From: Lama guanicoe
Taxonomy: Eukaryota
Assembly: GCA_013239625.1 (NCBI GenBank)
Contig: MU056050.1
Coordinates: 490,504 to 554,503 of the forward strand
DNA: 64,000 nucleotides
Direction: 5' to 3'
Shown: positions 59,096-64,000 of the stretch, piece by piece
Numbering within the stretch: position 1 is the first letter of the stretch
How the letters are laid out: every line of letters starts with the position of its first letter
The notes under the pieces: model-generated
What the model was told of the DNA's origin: nothing
Database searches by the model: none
What the model saw: only the letters and a program-made list of their open reading frames with translations
Program-made: the position numbers and the translations under genes

Positions 59096-60346
59096 GTTTC
59101 TAGTCTGACTGAGAAATCCTGCCTTGGCAAATAACACCATCTCCAAGATCCAAGAAAGACTACTAGCCAAACACAGGTGAGGACAGGATGGATACGATGT
59201 TTGCTATACCCATGAAAAATCTGGTGCAGTAAAGGATTCATTCTGTAGTAAAGAATTCATCCAGTTAATCTAGATAGGAAGTGACTCCATCTGGAAGTGT
59301 CTGTTTTGAGGGGCTCATGCTCACTTGGGTATATGCTGGATGGTATCACCCCATGAATGCAGGGATCTCCTATGTCTTATAGAGGGTTGTATCCTCCTCA
59401 TTATCTAATAAGCTTAGTTCCTCATGTATATACACTGGGTGCTCAATTAATGATGGCAGTGTGTATGCCTGCAAAATTTGTTTTGTTTGCTTAAAAAAAT
59501 ATCCTTGCCATGGAGTGTGGGATTAATCCTATGCTAACTCCTTTTGTTCTCCGCTTTTGTTTTTCAGGATCAAGGTGCTCTGAACTCTTCATGTGTACAG
59601 ATTTTGTATCATGCTGAAAATCTAGCTTCCTGCACACTGGAAAAGATTGCTGGTATGGACAAGAATGGTACAAAAATGAAATCCTGACTAGTATTTTTAC
59701 TTTCAGAAAAGCATTAGCAAAATATCACCTAGCACCTGAGGACCACAGGAACGCAAACAAAATATCACCAATTTATTTTAAAAAAGATAGTTTGCTGTAA
59801 GTTATAAAGAATTGGTGTTAAGTTTCTAAACAACAAAGGCTATCAGTTTTAGAGGGGCTAAAGTTGCTGACAAGGATTATGGGTGTGGGAGATATACATG
59901 CAGAGTCAAAAGTATGGCAGAACAAAACTAAAACGTGAACAGTAAATTGGAACAAATCACAGTAATTTGCTAAATATGGGGGCAACCAGGTATAGCTGAA
60001 AAAGCAGAGATTTTGGAGTTGGCCAGATTTGGATTCCTTGCTCTTAGGGACCCTGAGCAAGTTCTCTCTGAGCCATAGTTTCCTCAGCTGTAAAATGAGT
60101 ATGATCATGATTCAATTCTTAGTATAAAATGAACTTTAGCAAACTAAACGTTTGTCGAAGGACAAAATCTTTTTATTATCATTGAAGGAAACAAAACCTC
60201 CCCAAACACCAGGAATATCTTTCCTTATTAACTGTTCCCTTAATAGCCTATACTTATTTTCACAACTCATTTTGAATCTTAATTTTATATGCCAAAGCCC
60301 CTTAAAATTTTCTCTTTGACTCTTGAGTTTATTACCTTTGTCGGCA

Positions 60347-60863
60347 TGGAAGGCAGACTTCTAAGGTAGCCCCCAGTGATCCCTGCCTCCTGTTATTCAT
60401 GCCCTTGTGTAATTCTCTTTGAGGTGGATCCAGTGACTTATTGCTAAGGAATAGAATACAACAGAAATGATGGAACGTCATTTCTGTGACTAGGTTATAA
60501 GACTGTGACTTCTGTCTTCTTAGCTGACTCTCTCTTGCTGGCTTTGCTGAAGCAAGATGCCATGTTGGAGAGGCCCATTTGGCAAGGAACCAAGGGTGGC
60601 TTCCAGCCAATAGCCAGTGAGGAACCTCAGGCTGACAGCCTTTGGGGACCTGAGTCCTGCCAACAACCACGTGAATGAGCTTGGAAGTACATCCTCCCTC
60701 AATCAAGCCTAGAGATGAGACCCTGGCCCTGCCTGGCCAACACCTAAATTCTAGCCTGTGAGAAACCCTAGAGCAGAGGACCCACAAAAACTGAGATAAT
60801 AAGTGTGTTATTGTAAGCTGCTAAATTTTAGGGTAACTTGTTATGCAATAGGTAACCAATATG
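60347..60863 (+). mobile_element. MLT1F/G-type MaLR LTR
   Basis: ggcagacttctaaggtagcccccagtgatccctgcctcctg...gaagcaagatgccatgttggagaggcc...gtaagctgctaaattttagggtaacttgttatgc. Confidence 0.85.
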
Positions 60864-61107
60864 CCTAGACTATCTAGTATTATTTCCTAGAAGTCCAAAG
60901 AATGATCCATGCTGGACTTTCAATAGAAAAATTTATGGTTCCATCTGGGGTTTTGGCACCAAAAAAAAAAAGAAGAAGAAAAAGAAGAAGAAAAATATAA
61001 CAACAATGATAACATTGTCTCATTTATTGAATATTTCGTATGTGCTGAGTTAGAGCATTGATTGCATTAACTTATTTTATCCTCATGACTACTCTATGAA
61101 GTAGGCA

Positions 61108-61202
61108 TTTCTTTTCTTTTTTTAAAATGGAGGTACTGGGGATTGAACCTAGGACCTCTGGCATGCTAAGCACACAATCTACCACTGAGCTATCCCCCTC
61201 CC
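61108..61202 (-). mobile_element. Short Vic-1-like SINE (tRNA head plus A-tail) inside a minus-strand MIR (about 61005-61330)
   Basis: ggaggtactggggattgaacctaggacctc...ctaccactgagctatccccctccc; diverged TSD ctct(a/g)tga(a/g)gtagg. Confidence 0.85.
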
Positions 61203-62019
61203 CTCTGTGAGGTAGGTGTTATGATCGCCATTTTACAGATTTAGGAAACTGAGTCTCAGAGAGACTTAATTCACTTATCCAATGTAAACCAAATAGTGGC
61301 TTGTATTACTTCAAAACACCTGCTCTTAATCAGATAAATATAAGTCACAGTATGATGACTTAAGACGTACTCTACCTGTGCTTAGTTCAGTGTGTGGCAC
61401 ATAGTAGGTGCTCAATATGTGTGAACTGTGATGATGACACCTTGAACTCACAACAAAGAGCCTCTGTGTCAGTCTTTAAGAACCAGCTCTTCACACCCTG
61501 CTGGGGTACATGGTCTTGCCCATAGTGGTCACAGTGGTCCCCACATCCTGAACAAAGTCCCCCTTTACCAAGTAATCTTCATAACCCGTCCCAACATGTC
61601 CTCTCAGGTGCTAAACTCATTTTTATTGTGCTCGGGGGCTGCCGTTGAGCTCTGGGGGCTCTCGATCTGTTCACCTGGGTTACCCACACCCATATACAGA
61701 TGCTGGGCTATTCAGAATAGTGATTGAATTTGAGGCACCAGTTGCCTTCCAATGATCTGTTTCAGCTGAAATTAAATACTCCTTTCTTTTATACCTCGAC
61801 AAGGCTTGGTTAACTCCTATTTACAGATGGAATTTTATAGCTAGCATATTTTATAGAGCACTTACCCTAATGATAATAACAGAAACACCTTACAATTGTG
61901 TCAGCTTGACTGTTTATAAAACACTTTCAGATGCATCTCATTTGATTCCATGGCACTTCATCTATGCCTTAAGAGATGAGTGACTTTCTACTTTGTATTA
62001 TAGCTATCTATATACATGA

Positions 62020-62255
62020 GACAGTATGGCCTGGTGGAAAAAAATCACAGATTCTGGCATCAGATAGACCTGGATTTGAATCCCAGATCCACCACTTATT
62101 AGATGTGTGACTTGAGTAAATTTATGTTCTTTGCTGAGATTCTGTTTTCCTCATTTATAAAATGGGCTTAACCTGCTCATCTTATAGAGCTATTTGTAAG
62201 GAATGAGTTAACATGTAAAGTTCTAGACAATGAATAAGAACTCAGCTAATATTTT
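62020..62255 (+). mobile_element. MIR SINE
   Basis: acagtatggcctggtggaaa...gacctggatttgaatcccagatccaccacttattagatgtgtgac. Confidence 0.8.
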
Positions 62256-62404
62256 CTCCAAATATTGTTAGTTTGTATGCTGAGGATCTAGCAAAATCTG
62301 TGACTATTCTTTATATATCTGCACCAGGCCTAGCACTGTGTCTCCTGTCTTGTAGAAAGAAGTTCAATGCATACTTTTGAATGGGCAAGCCTGGGAATAG
62401 TCAG

Positions 62405-62520
62405 GAAAATTATTATTATCCCAGTAGATGGAGGTTAAATGGCCTGCCCAGGGCTGACATGGCTGATAAATGACAGAACCGGAATTCAAATTCTGGTCAT
62501 TTTCTGCCTACTCCAGTGCA
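62405..62520 (-). mobile_element. MIR fragment
   Basis: gaggttaaatggcctgcccaggg...agaaccggaattcaaattctggtc. Confidence 0.6.
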
Positions 62521-63464
62521 ACTTCCTATGCTCTTTTCGATTGGTTTGCAAGATTGATGTGCTGGGAATAAAGTCTCTTGTAGAGGAGAGCCTCTAGAGA
62601 GCCTAGGCTGGGTTCTCCACTAGGATTCAGGTATCTCTGGGCCTGCTGTAAAGAGCCCCCCCAATCCCACTCCTCCATGGGCTACCAAGGGGACCTCTGA
62701 GAGATATGCTCACACGCTATGTCCAATAATAGTGCCTTAATTGTTAGAAGGTTTGGGCAAATCTGAGTATAGTCTATTGCCTGCCACTCAGATTTATCCA
62801 TTGGCCTAGTTCCCAAGGATTTGCATCTAAACAGACACAAAGGGTTGAGGGATAGTGAAAGTAAAAACAAGATACAAGCAGGAAAAACAGTAGTTTCTCT
62901 AAAAAGCTCTGTGAGACACTGGAAGGGAGGTAAGGAAGCACAGCTTTTACACCTACCTAATTGAGAGTTGGCTCAGAATATGGCCAACTGACACTAGGGT
63001 TTCCAGAGAACAGATCTCAGCTTTGGCACTTGGAGGACTGTGGTACATCTGTGACACCAGGGGCAGCACACAGTTGTAGATGCTACCCAGCCTCCAGGAA
63101 TTGATACAGTACACCCAGGGCCATTTTAAGAGTAGCACAAGGCAGCATCGGTGGCTTCATATGACTCTGGAGGCTTTGGGAACAGGGGGAAGCAGCATCC
63201 CTGGGACAAGCATTAATGCCCTCATTGTAATGCCCTACGAGGTGAGCGCTCGTAGCAGTGATGAGGTGCCTGCCATGTGGCTGCTGTAGGCAATGGAGGC
63301 CTAAGTAGTCTGTAAGACTGAGAAGGCTTATGAACCTGAGACAACCAAGTGGACGACCTAGAGATACCATGATGATGGGTTTGGGTGAAAACCAGAGAAA
63401 TGCTGTTTATGATGATTAATGTTCTATTTTTACCCATAGCTTGGTATGATGTGGGGAATTAGAA

Positions 63465-63518
63465 ATTAGTAACCTGACATCAAAAAATCAGATTAGTAAC
63501 CTGACACCAAAAAATCAG
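63465..63518. repeat. 27-bp tandem duplication
   Basis: attagtaacctgaca(t/c)caaaaaatcag, two copies. Confidence 0.9.
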
Positions 63519-64000
63519 ATTGACAATTTACCCTGTAACTGGGAGCCCTTCATGCTCCTGTTCCCCAGTGTGAGAGGTGCTGATTGTCAAAGGTAGAATC
63601 CTACCTCCTTCCTCCTGTTCCCTACTACCTGCCCCAGCACCCTACAAGTCTAACACTCTATGCTCTCAAGCAGAATTCCTGGGAGCACAGAAATTTGAAA
63701 GACAGGTTTCTGAATATGACTCCAAATCTCCATCTGACTCTTTGGAGTAACTCAAGCCAATAGGCTAAAGCCATGGCTGTGCTTCTCTCTTACAGATGTT
63801 GCCGTGCAAGGGCTGGGATGCTGACGTCATGCCTTTGCTGTGAGTGATACAAATTGCATCTGCCTACTCTCAGAAAAAGAAAACAAGCTTCTTTCCTCCT
63901 TGGTCATCTAATTGTCTTTCTTGTCCTTCAAGTTTAGCCAAAGATGTAAAGGCATTGGGTACATGTGAAGAATGACACTACCAGCAGCAGCAACAACCAG

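Noticed and set aside
411..63437. Short ORFs in the supplied track as host genes
   Set aside because: All are 160 aa or less, many use non-ATG starts or lie in repeats, and none resembles a protein I know except L1 ORF1/ORF2

Overview
This is mammalian genomic DNA, most likely camelid (alpaca/llama/camel). The evidence is four copies of a tRNA-derived SINE (GGGGAGGGTATAGCTCAAGTGGTAGAG...GGTTCAATCCCCAGTACC, Vic-1-like), cetartiodactyl-type L1 3' ends, and no recognisable Alu, Bov-B or PRE-1. I found no host protein-coding exon, RNA gene or CRISPR array. The window looks intronic or intergenic and is densely filled with interspersed repeats: MIR, L2, old and young L1, many solo LTRs, and hAT, Tigger and piggyBac fossils. 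The only proteins I recognise are L1 ORF1/ORF2 remnants and a decayed piggyBac transposase. The most notable structures are: (1) a 2.85-kb L1 with its 5' promoter and ORF1 but almost no ORF2, joined at an AG (HAL1-like or spliced L1); (2) a TTAA-flanked Looper-like piggyBac fossil; (3) a SINE with an internal 20-bp foldback; (4) a doubled L1 3' tip inside one TSD; (5) a twin-primed L1; (6) two MER41-like solo LTRs; and (7) a SOX/POU/TCF motif cluster. I did not find a convincing new biological system. Family names come from my recall of consensus sequences, not from a search. Boundaries of old repeats are approximate.
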